A DNA stretch of 58,614 nt, filler included, from Dugesia japonica (taxonomy: Eukaryota): NCBI GenBank assembly GCA_001938525.1. It is 6 parts of 6 records of this genome, joined end to end, with 100 filler letters (N's around TTAATTAATTAA, not from the genome) between each part and the next. Parts side by side here need not be neighbours in the genome. Positions count along the whole stretch, not along the records: positions 8,605 to 17,162 come from MQRL01628505.1; positions 17,263 to 28,175 come from MQRL01253929.1; 4 more parts are not named here. One strand, 5' to 3'. Positions 12,881-26,480 of this stretch are shown here, in pieces (within the stretch, counting starts at the first letter, position 1; every line of letters starts with the position of its first letter). Below the pieces are notes generated by a model. It worked only from the letters and a program-made list of their open reading frames with translations, was not told the origin of the DNA and made no database searches. The position numbers and the translations under genes are program-made.

Positions 12881-13950
12881 TGTTGGGGTTCCACCTAAGT
12901 TGAGTGTAGGAAAATACGGCCGGGGAAAAGACAGCCCTCAGGGGACCCTTCGAAGAATTTACCTACAGTCCCTATTTAGGTTTTCAGTGAAAAGTGGTTG
13001 ACTTCCAAAACTTACTTGAAGTTCACAAATGTACACCTTTGGTTCGGGTTCAATGTTTCCCAATTAAATTAAACTGATTAAGATATTAACAATAAATTAG
13101 TAAGAAATATTTTTTATATAAACACTTTTGATCACATAAGATTTAGAGCTTCAGGGTCAAGCCGCTGGGCTGGCTCGTCATTCAAAAAGTCGAATGCGAC
13201 CTCGTCATCATCACTATACCATCGGACCCATGTTTTGAGTTCTAGGTGAGTGGACAGATTCACGATATATCTTTTTATAAATTGAATTTTTGCATAAGGA
13301 TTTATTTTACCAGATTCGCGATTTCGTCCAGTTTTTTATTTACTATTTCTAACTTTTTTTAGTCGTTTTTGCTGTGTTAAGTGGCATAATAGCAACCGCT
13401 CGCCTTTTTTGGAGAAATGCCGCTCCAATAACGACTTCTGTATTAACTTGTGACAACGGCGAAAAATGGTTGGAAGTCTCATTCTTGGTACTGAAAAACA
13501 GAAAGATTATTATATTTATCAAACACAGCCATTTTAGAAAAAGAAGAAGTTCAACAGTTAAATCGTAAATCGTGGATAAGATTTAATTTTCTATAAATAT
13601 TTATTTTACAGCACATGAATTCACTATCAATTACGCATCTGGAGAGTTTGTGTCGATTTATCGATGAAAAGAGATTCCACGGGGATTTTCTTACGTAGGG
13701 ACAAAATATCAGATAATAATTAACCTTCTCTCTCATGGAGCGACTTTTTCATGCTGTCGAAATTTTCCAGTTGATTTTTCTTGGCTCTCTCCTGTATATG
13801 AGAGGCCTCTGTTTCTAAGCGGCCACGTGAGCCTCTATTGGCGAGTCTATAGACCTCCCAGGTCATCTCAGTTTCGTCATTCTCATCTCATACCTTTTTA
13901 ATAGAAGCAACGGATTGATTACGCGAGGAATTCACTAAAATTAAATAAAT
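12881..13950 (-). mobile_element. Heavily decayed LTR-retroelement-like segment
   Basis: GC-richer block starting TGTTGG; minus strand has EVVIGAAFLQK, resembling the retropepsin C-terminal motif; otherwise unreadable. Confidence 0.35.
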
Positions 13951-14334
13951 AAATTAATCAATTTCAAGGCTTAAGGCATTTTAGAGTCTAGTGAAAGCCA
14001 AAAACCACAGTTGCTTAAATAACCTTACGACAATACTGAGGTCGCAGAAGCTCAATTCCTTACTAATTTAAGACCAAAAACAAGTCGTAATAAAAATTTA
14101 TTATTATTAAAGGTCAGTCATCAGAAATTAACTATTTAAGTTCCGTATCACCCACAAATAATCGTCAACCATTTTGCTTTCGGAAAATGTCATCGGTGGG
14201 GAGTTCATGAATCACACTTGAACTCACCTAATTCAACAATAATCAACAAATTGAACCTGTCTTTCTCAATAGACCATATCAAAAGTGGTTTTTATAGAAA
14301 TTTGTAGCGGAAGATAAAAAATAAATGCAAAATG

Positions 14335-14800
14335 ATATTGTTATCAAATTTCAATAAAAAAAATAAAAAAACATTTTTTGATCGAAGCTTTTATTTTAAA
14401 TGAATTCTATAAACCGATCAATGGTTATGTCCAACAGTTATTATCGAAACAATTGCATTAGTAAATAACATAGAACCACCAAAATTGGCCGCAAAAACCA
14501 ATTGTTTCGGAAAAGGTAATTCTCTAGATCTGGTGAGATATTAAGGACGTGCTATATTATGAGCTATCGAAACCAGATGAAACAGTTACTGCCAAATGCT
14601 AATAAGACCAATTAATCCAATTGAATCAACACTTGAAGATGAAATTCCCGTTTAGTGGAAAAGAAAAACGATCGTTGAAATTGTTGCTTGACAACGCTAA
14701 ACATTGCTTCGAATACTTCGAATAATCAAAAGATTCTTGATGATGTTGATTTGTATAATATGGTTGTGTGTTTACAGAATGAAGTGGATATGTAGAAAAT
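14335..14800 (+). mobile_element. Decayed mariner transposase fragment (second copy 15436-15740)
   Basis: KVIL*IW*DIKDVLYYELSKPDETVTAKC..QLIQLNQHLKMK..LLLDNAKH matches the mariner DD34D core (KVMLCVWWD..GVIYYELL.PGETV..HDNARPH). Confidence 0.85.
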
Positions 14801-16345
14801 TAATAAAAATAACAATTTTCAAGAATTTTTTGAAACAGATATAAAATTAGATTTTCTTACAAATCTTTTAATAATAAATATCTTAATCAAAATGTTTCGT
14901 TTAAATATAAAACTTTTTATAGTGATTCAATAGTAAAAAATTAAAACAAATCATGANAATNTTTTTTAATAAGTCTTATAAGAATTATAGCAATATTAAT
15001 AATAAGTACTACACGTTTTAGAACGNNAATATTNAAAAAAGCCATTTTGAGCCAGAAAATCCCCTCAAAGATTGTTACTCTTTGTGTGCCAGCTAAATGC
15101 TGTAACAAGAATAATAAAGGAAGAAGCTGTAAGATTAAGCATGAGGCTCAAAGCATCAGAATTCACATGGAATAAGAGTAAAGATACTCCTCTCAACCTG
15201 ATATTATCTTGCAAACTGGGAATTGAGAACAATAGTTTTATACAATTTGATGCATTTGAAACCAATGACTAAGTAAAAGTTAATAAAAATTTAGAAATAA
15301 ATGACCGAAACTTTAATACATTTAGTAATTATAATGATAAATAAAAAAATATCAGATTATTCAGTCTGTATTATTCAAACCAAGANNNNNNNNNNNNNNN
15401 NNNNNNNNNNNNNNNNNNNNNNNNNNNNNNNNNNNCAAAATTGGCCGCAAAAACCAATTGTTTCGGAAAAGGTAATTCTCTAGATCTGGTGAGATATTAA
15501 GGACGTGCTATATTATGAGCTATCGAAACCAGATGAAACAGTTACTGCCAAATGCTAATAAGACCAATTAATCCAATTGAATCAACACTTGAAGATGAAA
15601 TTCCCGTTTAGTGGAAAAGAAAAACGATCGTTGAAATTGTTGCTTGACAACGCTAAACATTGCTTCGAATACTTCGAATAATCAAAAGATTCTTGATGAT
15701 GTTGATTTGTATAATATGGTTGTGTGTTTACAGAATGAAGNNNNNNNNNNNNNNNNNNNNNNNNNNNNNNNNNNNNNNNNNNNNNNNNNNNNNNNTATAA
15801 AATTAGATTTTCTTACAAATCTTTTAATAATAAATATCTTAATCAAAATGTTTCGTTTAAATATAAAACTTTTTATAGTGATTCAATAGTAAAAATTAAA
15901 ACAAATCATGAAAATTTTTTTTAATAAGTCTTATAAGAATTATAGCAATATTAATAATAAGTACTACACGTTTTAGATTAATATTTAAAAAAGCCATTTT
16001 GAGCCAGAAAATCCCCTCAAAGATTGTTACTCTTTGTGTGCCAGCTAAATGCTGTAACAAGAATAATAAAGGAAGAAGCTGTAAGATTAAGCATGAGGCT
16101 CAAAGCATCAGAATTCACATGGAATAAGAGTAAAGATACTCCTCTCAACCTGATATTATCTTGCAAACTGGGAATTGAGAACAATAGTTTTATACAATTT
16201 GATGCATTTGAAACCAATGACTAAGTAAAAGTTAATAAAAATTTAGAAATAAATGACCGAAACTTTAATACATTTAGTAATTATAATGATAAATAAAAAA
16301 ATATCAGATTATTCAGTCTGTATTATTCAAACCAAGATCTAAGCA
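14480..16345 (+). repeat. ~955-bp near-identical tandem duplication spanning an N gap
   Basis: 14480-15385 is repeated at 15436-16337; identical 66-aa ORFs at 15065/16017 and 15072/16024. Confidence 0.95.
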
Positions 16346-16399
16346 ATTATACCGAATATTAGATGGTTATAACGAAATTCAATTTGTTTATAATTCCTA

Positions 16400-17162
16400 C
16401 AGGTATATATTATTTGTAAAATGATATTAAGATTTAAATTTGTTAATATTAAATGATATAATTTGTTTAAATAATTCATTATTAATAAATAGTTTTAGTT
16501 TTCATAAATACTTGTGGAAATTTCAAGTCTTTTAACTGGCGATCACATCAAAATAAGCGTACTGACGAAAAAAGAAAAAGATGATCACCAAAAAAGTTTT
16601 GCAAAGCTGCCATCTTCAACACAATAATAATAATTGAAAGAATCAGAGATGAAAAATTAATGTTTGATGATAAGATGTTTCAGAAGAGAGATGTAAAAGA
16701 ATGGAGTCTAATGCGTTGCAATGAATATTACATAGAGATATTGTGGGATTCAGGAGCAGCAATATCAGTCATGATGGTGGATGTGTGGAGAAGAATGGGA
16801 TCACCTGATCTATCGTCGTCAAACATTGTTTTAGCAGGATTGTTTTCTGAAAAATGAGAAAAATGTATCGGGAAAACTAAACTGATATTACAATGCAATG
16901 TGAAGCTAAGAGAGAAAGAAGTAGTAATTCTTAGAAATATTTGTCCAAAATTTATCGGGGGTATTGATATAATAAAGCTCTTCGAAATGAAAATCACTGA
17001 AGTTGATTTTATTAACTCAAACAATGAAAATCTATTTACCGATAATACAGAAAAAGTGAAAAATTACTTTAATAATTCAAATAATGTTAGCCAAGAAGTA
17101 AGAGAAATGATAGAAACTTACAAAAATATATTTATGCCATCAAAATTTGATCTTGGATATAC
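16400..17162 (+). mobile_element. Ty3/Gypsy 5' fragment: short LTR, PBS, aspartic protease
   Basis: LTR ~16400-16536 matches ~39650-39790; followed by TGGCGA (PBS-like) and ILWDSGAAIS..FIGGIDII protease motifs with a stop; cut by spacer. Confidence 0.85.
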
Positions 17163-17262
17163 NNNNNNNNNNNNNNNNNNNNNNNNNNNNNNNNNNNNNN
17201 NNNNNNTTAATTAATTAANNNNNNNNNNNNNNNNNNNNNNNNNNNNNNNNNNNNNNNNNNNN
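17163..17262. other. Artificial contig spacer
   Basis: 44N-TTAATTAATTAA-44N. Confidence 0.97.
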
Positions 17263-18655
17263 GTAAATATTAAAATAATAACAACTCAACTTATATTTCA
17301 TGTATAGAACAAAATAGTTTTGAGAATAATATTACAAATGAGTGCATTGTATTTTTAGAATTATAAATAAAGTCAATAAATCGATAAATTAATAGTCATT
17401 TCACGTTTCATTGAATTATGCTGTCATCTAAAATTAAAATCAATATAACATTGTATGTTTACTTATGGATAAAGAATATTTCTATCATTAACTTGTAATA
17501 ATCAATTAGAATCAATCAGTGATACTTGTAATGTTATTGTTGTTTTTATGTTGTAACGCTTTATTATCAATGCGTCACATATAACTCTTGTTAATTTATA
17601 AATTACCAATCCTAATTCCGTAATTACAAGCCTATAATTTGTTCGCCTATACACTGTGTTCCTTCTCTCGTATTAAGATAAGATAAGTGGTCTCTCACCA
17701 ATATATCTGATGATAAATTTATTATAATTTCTTAGACAATATGAAAACAAAATTTTATTTGAGATTTTTTCAAGAAAAAAGCTTATAATTTTATTAATAA
17801 AAGAATTGTCTTGTTTAGAATTGTTTTAACCAGCGAAATTATTAGTTTCTGTAGAAAATATCGAAATTCCCGATTTATAATTCAACAAAATCTTATCAAT
17901 AGTTTCTTTCATAAAGATAATTACAGAGAAATTTTGTTAAATTTCCAATAGAATGATTTCTTAGAAGAATTTTGATTGATTAGTATTTGACTGATGATAA
18001 AATTAAGTTTGTCTATAAATAGTATTATTTTCATAATTAATTCAAAATATTTTAAACGAAATCCTCATTAAATTATAGAAAANNNNNAAAAAAAATAAGT
18101 TAAATTTAAGGCATTCATAAAACAATGTGTGTCGGAAGAATTCTAAAATGTCGATTTTATTTACTATGATGGAGATGACACATTTGCGTTTTCGTTTTTA
18201 TGATATCATCTTCATTTGTGTCAAATAAATAAGAATACTTACAGTTCAATCTGTAAAGAAACTAGCCAACAACAAATATGACATAAATCTTTGATGACTA
18301 AGTTGTCTATTAATCGATTATTAAAATGATTTTCTAATTTTTTCTAATCAATTTATTTGTAATAGTTATTTTTCAATTTGGAATTAAAATTCAATATACT
18401 GATATGTTAATAGAAAATCTAGAAAAGAAAATTTTCATTGACATTGTTTGGCACATCTTCTAACGATAATTGATTTTCCAAATCACAACAGTTAATTTCA
18501 GACATTTTTATTTCATATTACAACTATTAAAATATATTATAAACTTTTCTGAAATAGAAACTAAAAATTTATTTAACACAATTTCTTTTGGTTGGAGTTT
18601 TTCTAATTATTATTTATTTCTTTAATATTGAAATATACCCAACTATATTTTACAC

Positions 18656-19085
18656 CAAGGGTGTCAAACTCGCGGCCCATCCAATATATCGGTACACAAT
18701 AATACATAATAAAATAACAAACTGACGCGGAATAAAAATAAGATAGGTAGAATTCGCTTAACATTTTTTTAAAAATTTTACTCTATTTTTGCTATTATTA
18801 AACAAAATACCACCAATAGGTAGCTGTGGTAGTTAAGCATGAATAATATCTAAAATATATCAAATGTAGATTACTGATTTTTTGACAGAAGAAAAATGTT
18901 GAAATAATTTTAAAAAAATACAAACAAAATTCTTCAAGAAAAGTTAATTAAATGTTCAACTGTTAAATAATTTACAGGTTTTTGTTAGTGAACGAAAAAC
19001 TGAAAATATAGATTATAGGGCCTAGAGTTACTGTATTAGTGCGGCTTGCTGACTAACGAATTTGGTCTAATTCGGCCCGAGAGAT
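18656..19085 (+). mobile_element. hAT/Charlie-like non-autonomous remnant
   Basis: Begins CAAGGGTGTCAAACTCGCGGCCC, with further CGGCCCG motifs near 19040-19080. Confidence 0.45.
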
Positions 19086-22000
19086 CATCAAAAAATTCAC
19101 ATTTCTATCACACTTTAAAAATTATTCAGCATTACTCACTGCTATAATGTATTAGTTATTGATTAATAACCTTATTCGATAATTTTTACCTACAAATTTC
19201 GTAGGACATTTACGTAACATATTGCATCATTAAATTTTTCAAATTTAATGTTATCACTTATTCGCAATTCTATTAATAATATTCAAGGACAGATCGACGG
19301 GGAGCGGGAATTCAAAATTCTTACATTTTCAAAAATATTAATCACTTTTACCATAATCTAATTAACGATATGAAACGGTTACTCACATGAATACAAAGAC
19401 TGGAAACCAGAAATTGTTAAAAACATATACACATACCATATGCAGCTGTCCAATACTTTGCGTAATGCGTTATTTATTGTAAGGTTTTGTTACGTGTATA
19501 ATTGTAATATTTCTTTAGAATTTAAACGTGTTTCTCGTAAATAAACATTTAAGATGTATTAATTAAATTTTCTACTAAAATAGAAATATTGTTGCATGTT
19601 TTATAAAATTTCTGGATCTGTTAGACATTTTTTTACCTCAAATAGGTGAAAACAATATATTTTAATCTCAGAATTTTCAGTTTGGTTTTATATAAATAAC
19701 CAAATATTTACCCAAGATAACATTTAACAAAATATTATTCGTATTTATATCATAATTTTAAACTAATTTCAGTATGTTTTACACGGATTTTGGATAACAT
19801 AGAACCTATCCATAATTTTAACGTTTAGGAAAATTATCTTTCTCTACACGAATTTCTGAGGAACGTATCCACTTTGTAAAAAAAAAAGAGTCAAGTCCGA
19901 TTTTGTTGAATTCATATGTAACAATTTTAAACTATTTTTTCGGAATATTTGATCGAATTAAAGCTATTTTGCATTTTAGATAGAGAGAAATAATATCTAC
20001 TATTCTTCATCTTGGTGTCCCGTATTAATTTAATTCGAAATTATGAACACTAATTAACCGCAGAATGAACTTTTTTTTAAATCAAAATTAAACAAAACTT
20101 TAATTAAGATGGAAAATAAGGTTTCTTTTGAATACTTTCGTTATATTTATATTTGAAAATTTCTGATTAGAATATGAAGAAACTGATCTAATGTAACAAA
20201 TATGTTTCTATAGAGATAACGCATAACTGTTAAGACTGGATATTTAATATGCTTTAACTGAAAAAGGCACTCTCAATATTGCTTTCTATAAAGGTTTTAT
20301 AAAGCTCATGAATTCATATTATTTTTCAATAAACTTATAATAAAGCGGTTTAATTTTCCGCTGGATATGCATCAATCGGATGTTGACAGAACCTAGAAGA
20401 TCTTTCAATAATAGTAGATAATAAAGTTTACTACTAGTATAACATCGGTATTACATATTAAATGGTCTATTTTAGTGTGGATAATCACTATGTTTACAAG
20501 CAATCCAATAAACCACGTTATTAATCACAAATTCTATGTTAAGTTGTAATTACTTGACTTTTTTACGCAGAATAATTTCCTCATCATTACTAAAATTCAT
20601 TAAACATTTATTTTTAGCAATATTTTCAACTCCAAAATGCATTGAATCATCATTGTTAGTAAATAATTTACAGGCAACAAGAAACCAGTAATGAGAAATG
20701 TGCTAGATGAACTCTTTCGTAACACCTCAATGATATGATCAATGTAGTATTTACCGTATTTGGTTTTGACTCGGATTTGCTGTATAATGTTGTGGAAAAC
20801 AATCCGCTTTGTACTTTCGGATTCTTAATTCCAAACCTTCTATGATCTACTTTTTATTGTTTTCGCTTTAGTGTTTTTTATTTTGGTTTTCCGAGTCTAT
20901 AAAACACTACTTAAACACTTGCTTATTTTACTTTACAGTTAACAAATCACTGCATTCGTAGTAAATCACAATTTTTTTAACCTAGTTCCTAGCGTTCATA
21001 ATCAAATCGTTTTGGTATTTTTAGGTTGATGATGAATAATTTGAACTGAATATTTATTCCTAAACATTGATATAGCTTATTTATATTCTTAATTATTTTT
21101 ATTACTTTGATTAGAAAATTGCTTTATTGTAGGTTAAGATTTAGTTTTTTTATAAAATACTAATTGTGTAATTTAGCGGTGATTTAAAAATGTATAATAA
21201 AAACCAATTCTATTATAAATCAATTAAAAGAAATCCAGTGAAAATGAGCTGTTTATTAACAGATTCGTTTTGAGTTCATATTTTTTCTTATCGGATATAA
21301 TATGAAAATCTCAAATCTCCTTTGAAATAATGAATTATTAANAATATGAATTACAACCTACCACCGAGTTAATTATTTGTCAAATTATTATAATTCAACT
21401 AGAATCGATTACTTTATTGATAAAATTTTAATTAACTTACAAGATAATTTATCGATTTTACGATAAACCGTCTCAAATGTGATAATAGTATTCAATTTTC
21501 ATTACGAATTTTTTTTTTCAGATTCTCGTAAAATTATCAAATGTAATAAATAAATAAAATTTTTACATCAACACGTTGTAATGAGTGGAATTTATTAAAA
21601 TTATTTCATCAAAATAATTCAAATTTGGTTCATAGTTCAACAACTATTAAAAAATCAAAAAAAAAATTTTTCTACCATGCCAAATCTAATCATTAATCAC
21701 AAGACAACAAAGACAATAAAATTTCAAAACAAAGAGCAAAACGTAACATAAAAAATAATTACAAATTTGAATTCCAAAAAAAAAAAAGAATTTCAAAATT
21801 AAAGAGTAAATAGAAATTAGTATTTTTTAATTAGAAAATTATCAAAAGAAATTGCTGAAGAAAAAGAAATAAAAAACAATCAATCAAAATAAAATTATAG
21901 CAGGAGGCATCGTAATTATATATTTCTACAAATATTTTTTTTTTACAGGAATTTAATTAATAGCGGTTCTGAGAATTAATCTATTTTTATATTATGTTAA

Positions 22001-23927
22001 TGGGCATAGTTTTTTTTTTATTGATTTTTCAAAAAATTTATTTTCTTCGATTATTTTTCCAAATAACTTTAACAATTTGGCGAAAATACCAAATTATTCA
22101 TTATCGATTATATAATTAATACTTGAATTAATTTTGCAGTTTTACATTAATACACACAACTCAGAAATACACACACACACATACATACAAATATACGTAA
22201 AAACACAAAGTCCTCAATATTGATAAAAAATAATTATCTAAAATTTTTTTTCTAATTCGATTAAAAAAAAATCTAAAATCAATTTGAAAAAATTAATATT
22301 TTTTATCAATAAAAATTCCACCAATCAATTAAAATCGATTAGTCAGTTTTTATTGTCAATTTTTGTCAATTAATGATAAATGGTTAAAATTTTTAATTAC
22401 TTTTTTTTTCTAGTTTTATTTTTGAAATATAAAAGAACGTATTATAAGCTAAAATTATTTCAAAAAAAAAATATATTGATTATTAATTAATCCAGTAATT
22501 TATCAATAACATAATCGATTGGAAACGACATAAGAAACAGATAATGAAAAAATAAATGTGGGGGAAAATTTTTCTCAAAAAACAAAAAGAAAAATTTCAA
22601 AATCAATTTATCAAAGTATAGTACTAGAATTTTTTTTTTCATTTTGTTTAAGTTCTAATTTGGGTAGAACTTTTAATGCACACTCTTTAGCAAATAAAGA
22701 GAAAAAAAAATAGGATAAAGTAGAAATGGGTGGTAACATATTTGTATAAATGAGTTGATGTGTGTAAGCAAGTATGTATTTGTAAAAGTATGTGTGTGTT
22801 GATTTATTATGAATTTAGACCGAAGTGTTAACATTGTCTAAATGGATAATATGCGTCCAACAGCAGCAGCAGGCCAACTTGAATGCTTAGATAGGCCTTT
22901 TTCGAGAATGATTTTGTTATTTTATTTAATTGACTTTGAATCTTATCTAGAGAATTGTTAATAGAATAAAATCAATATAGAAAAATTATTTCATTGTATT
23001 TATTTCATGAATCAACTGTTTTATTTATAAATCAATACACAAAATTATTTTGAATATTTTGAAAAAATTAAAATCAATAAATTGAAATAATAATAATAAC
23101 TTAGTTTTTTCAAAATTCCCAGTTAAAAAATAAATTTTAGGATGTATTAATATCAATATTGATAATCCCTTAACAGGCTGATTATAAATAAATAAACGCT
23201 TAGATATTATTATCAATCAATATATTACATAATATTAATTTAATAGCTCATTTATCGGTATTTCATAAATAGCCTCAAATAGATTATGTAATTAGTTAGA
23301 TTTTTAATTCTACTATATTAAGAGGTGTTTGTAAACAAATAATTATTGTTATTTTATGTAAGTTATAAATTTTACGTGTAATTTTTAAATTTCGGTAAAT
23401 TTTTTTTTATTTTTTATTCATTTTGAAATTGGTTTTGAAATTTGGTAAATTTTCAAGAGAGAAACAATCCATTAATCTAGTTATTAAGATGATAATATTT
23501 ACTAATATGCTATCTCGATAAAGACTTATTTTCAATGGATTTGTCCATACGTGTTTAAAATTTAGTAACACACAATCTCGTATGATATTAGCTTTGCAAG
23601 CTACACTGGATTGTGCATACACACACTAACGTATAATCATTGATCGAAAGTATATTTAACCAATGAAATTCAAGTTGCGAAGATTAGCATACAGGCTGGC
23701 TAAGTTGCTTTGTCTAATTTATTTATTTTAGATTCAACTTGTTAATAATGTTGAAAACGATTTTTTTATATGAAAAAATATTTTTATTTTATTATATATA
23801 AATAGTTAGAGCAAAATTTTCAATTTTTTTACAAACTGGAATTTTTAATTACAATTACTTTAGAACCTATATCNNNNNNNNNNNNNNNNNTTTTTTTCAT
23901 AATCTCTGCAATTTGTCCTTGAAAAAA

Positions 23928-26387
23928 ATGCTGATGCAAAAACATTCGCCAAACAATAATAATAACAATAATACAAAAATTACGGAAAATGAAGACGTGA
24001 ATTCCAATTCATCTCATTCTAATGGTAATTTCTTTGCCGGGAGAAATACTTCTATAGCTGGTTCTGAATGCAATGATGATAAGTCAAATGATGCCTGCAG
24101 TAGTGGGGACGAGTCTCACGAACAAGATAACGCAGAGCAAGAGAATCAGACTTCTTTTATTGATAGTACAAATAGAGATCAGTATAAACTATCAGCAAAG
24201 AAGAAAAAAAAGAAAACTGTTAAAGTGAAATTTTCTGGCAGTCAAGATGATAAAGCTGGAATTAAGTTGAAAATTAGAAGAACAAATAATTTCAATCAAG
24301 ATGAAAATCATGTCATTGTTGATTCTGCAGATCAACAACAAAAAAGGCATTTAAAAAATAAGCGTAATAAACCCGATTCTCAGGATATTAGTGGATTTAA
24401 AACAAAATCTCAATTGGAAGAAGTATCAAATACTGTTACTAGTGATGATAGTCTTCCACATAAACGAAGTCGTGCCGATTCTGAAGAAGAAATGGTGAGC
24501 CTGACTACTTTTTTTGTTGGATAAATCCAGTTTATTGATTAACTTAGATATCAAAAATGTCAATTGGCGTAAATACATTATCAAAAGGCACAGAAATAGA
24601 TGAGTCTATGTTGGGACCATGTCAAGTTGGGTCAAAATTAACTTTAGAAAGTGTTGTTTTAATGGAAACCCAATCAGGTTGGTTTGAATAGAGAATGATT
24701 CAATAAGTGTTAATATTGATTTTTAAAGGAATACTAATAGTTAGCGTACAATGGAGAGGAAAAACTTTAATGGGAGCTTTAATGGAATCAGAAAGATTTC
24801 AAATTGGAACTTTGTAATAATAATAATTAATTAATAAAATATTTAATTCATTTTTATAAAAATTTTATTTGTTTTAGAGAAAAAGATAGCATTTATAGAC
24901 GAGAGAAATTTATGGGAATGAATCGTAGAAATACAAGAAGAAAATCAAAGAATTTATTTGGTAAAAAGAAACGTAAAACCGCTACACCCCCTGATCCGAA
25001 TGATATTGGCGGCACAGAAAACGAAGCAGGAAATAGTGATGTTGATAATCCATTTATTTGTGATAAAGAGAATTGTCACATGAAATTTTCGGATTTTCAA
25101 ACGTTACGTATTCATATTTATCAGAATCATCGAACGAAAGAAACGAGTAGTAATAATAACAGTAATTTGAGTGTTAAAGAAGAACCTAATGTAAAAGTCG
25201 AATCGTCTGTTGTGATAAAATCTGAATCGAATTCAATTGGAAATGCTTACATCTCTTCAGAATCACTCTATCCGATTTTCAAACATCTCAAATCTGGTGA
25301 TGTGTTACGATCAGATGGCCTACAAACCGGGTCCGTCAGAAATCGACCTAGTCCTCTTCCTGAAGTTATTAATACGAACCATCAAACAGAAGAGAGAAAT
25401 AGTTTCAGTCCTGCCTATTCCGATATTAGCGATGCCAATGAAGCTCCGGTATTGGAAAATGAAGCCGAATTGAAACCTCCATCGTCTGCGTCTCAGCCTC
25501 CTCTCAACCTCTCCCTTTGTCATAATCCGTCTATTCATGCAGCAAATCGATTGTTTTCACCAACTGCACCAGCTCTCCAACCAGAAGGTTTATGTTCAGG
25601 ACCGCCTTTATCAAATCTTCGTGTATCGCATGACACCAAATTGTACGGCAATCGCTATCCTCCCATATCTTCTAAATATGATTCTGAATCTTCCATTTTT
25701 CCCAATGGATATCTTCAGTTATCAAACAATAATACTAATCACAAGCCACAAAATGGGGTTCATACACTCCATCAATCTTCAGGGCCTCCTTCTCATTTAG
25801 ATAATAATAATATAATTCACAATTCCGTAAATGCTATCCAAGATCTCTCTATGAACAGCCCGTTAAATTTGTTCTCAAACAAGACCAACGCAAACAGCAA
25901 TAATAATAATAACAACAACAACAGTAGTAGTCATAATTCAGGGGCGGCAACAACAACACCTCTTAAATATTCTCTCCACAATCACTCCAATCACAAAACT
26001 CCACCAAACATCAGTAAACCTACAACAGTTCATCAGTCTCGTCATCATATTCACTCTTCACAGCATGCCGCTTCTCATCCGCCGCATTCTCATNNNCATT
26101 CTCATCATTCCATCACTAATGGGTATCCGCCACAATCAAATCAAAATTCCAAATATCCGAATGTATTATCTATAAACCAGTCAGACAACAATAGCATCAG
26201 TTCCAATCAGTTACCTCCAAATGGGGTCAGCATAACTCAATTACCCTTTCCATTGTCTTTCAATTCAACTGTGAACAGTCCCCCTCCTAAATTTAGTAAG
26301 TTGTATTTTTCTCTATTTATTCATAAATTAATTAATATTTTATTTTTAGATCCTCCTATGTCCTTGTATCATCAACAGAAATATTGA
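23928..26387 (+). CDS. ZNF608: Scribbler/brakeless (ZNF608/ZNF609 family) nuclear corepressor
   Basis: Exons 23928-24494, 24548-24677, 24729-24813, 24878-26295, 26350-26387, phase-consistent, GT-AG introns of 53/51/64/54 nt. Motifs: IKLKIRRT; LGPCQVGSKLTLESVVLMETQSGILIVSVQWRGKTLMGALM (cf. [40 protein letters not shown]); one C2H2 finger CDKENC..H....H; SPAYSDISD. True start codon uncertain. Confidence 0.9.
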
Positions 26388-26416
26388 TTTTAGCTCTAAT
26401 TTACTGTAATCTTGGT

Positions 26417-26480
26417 CTCTCTCTCNNNNNNNNNNNNNNNNNNNNNNNNNNTCTCTCTCTCTCTCTCTATCTGTCTCTCT
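26417..26480. repeat. (CT)n microsatellite in presumed 3' UTR
   Basis: Visible directly. Confidence 0.9.

Noticed and set aside
14480-16345. ~955-bp tandem duplication with twin 66-aa ORFs as a gene duplication
   Set aside because: The copies are essentially identical, meet at an N gap and contain transposon debris; most likely a scaffolding overlap or haplotype artefact.
17500-18510. Coding-like minus-strand stretches (e.g. NHFNNRLIDNLVIKDLCHICCWLVSLQIE)
   Set aside because: Could not build a phase-consistent model or recognise a family.
25237-25800. Overlapping alternative-frame and antisense ORFs in the ZNF608-like exon
   Set aside because: Shadow ORFs expected in GC-richer coding DNA; no motifs.
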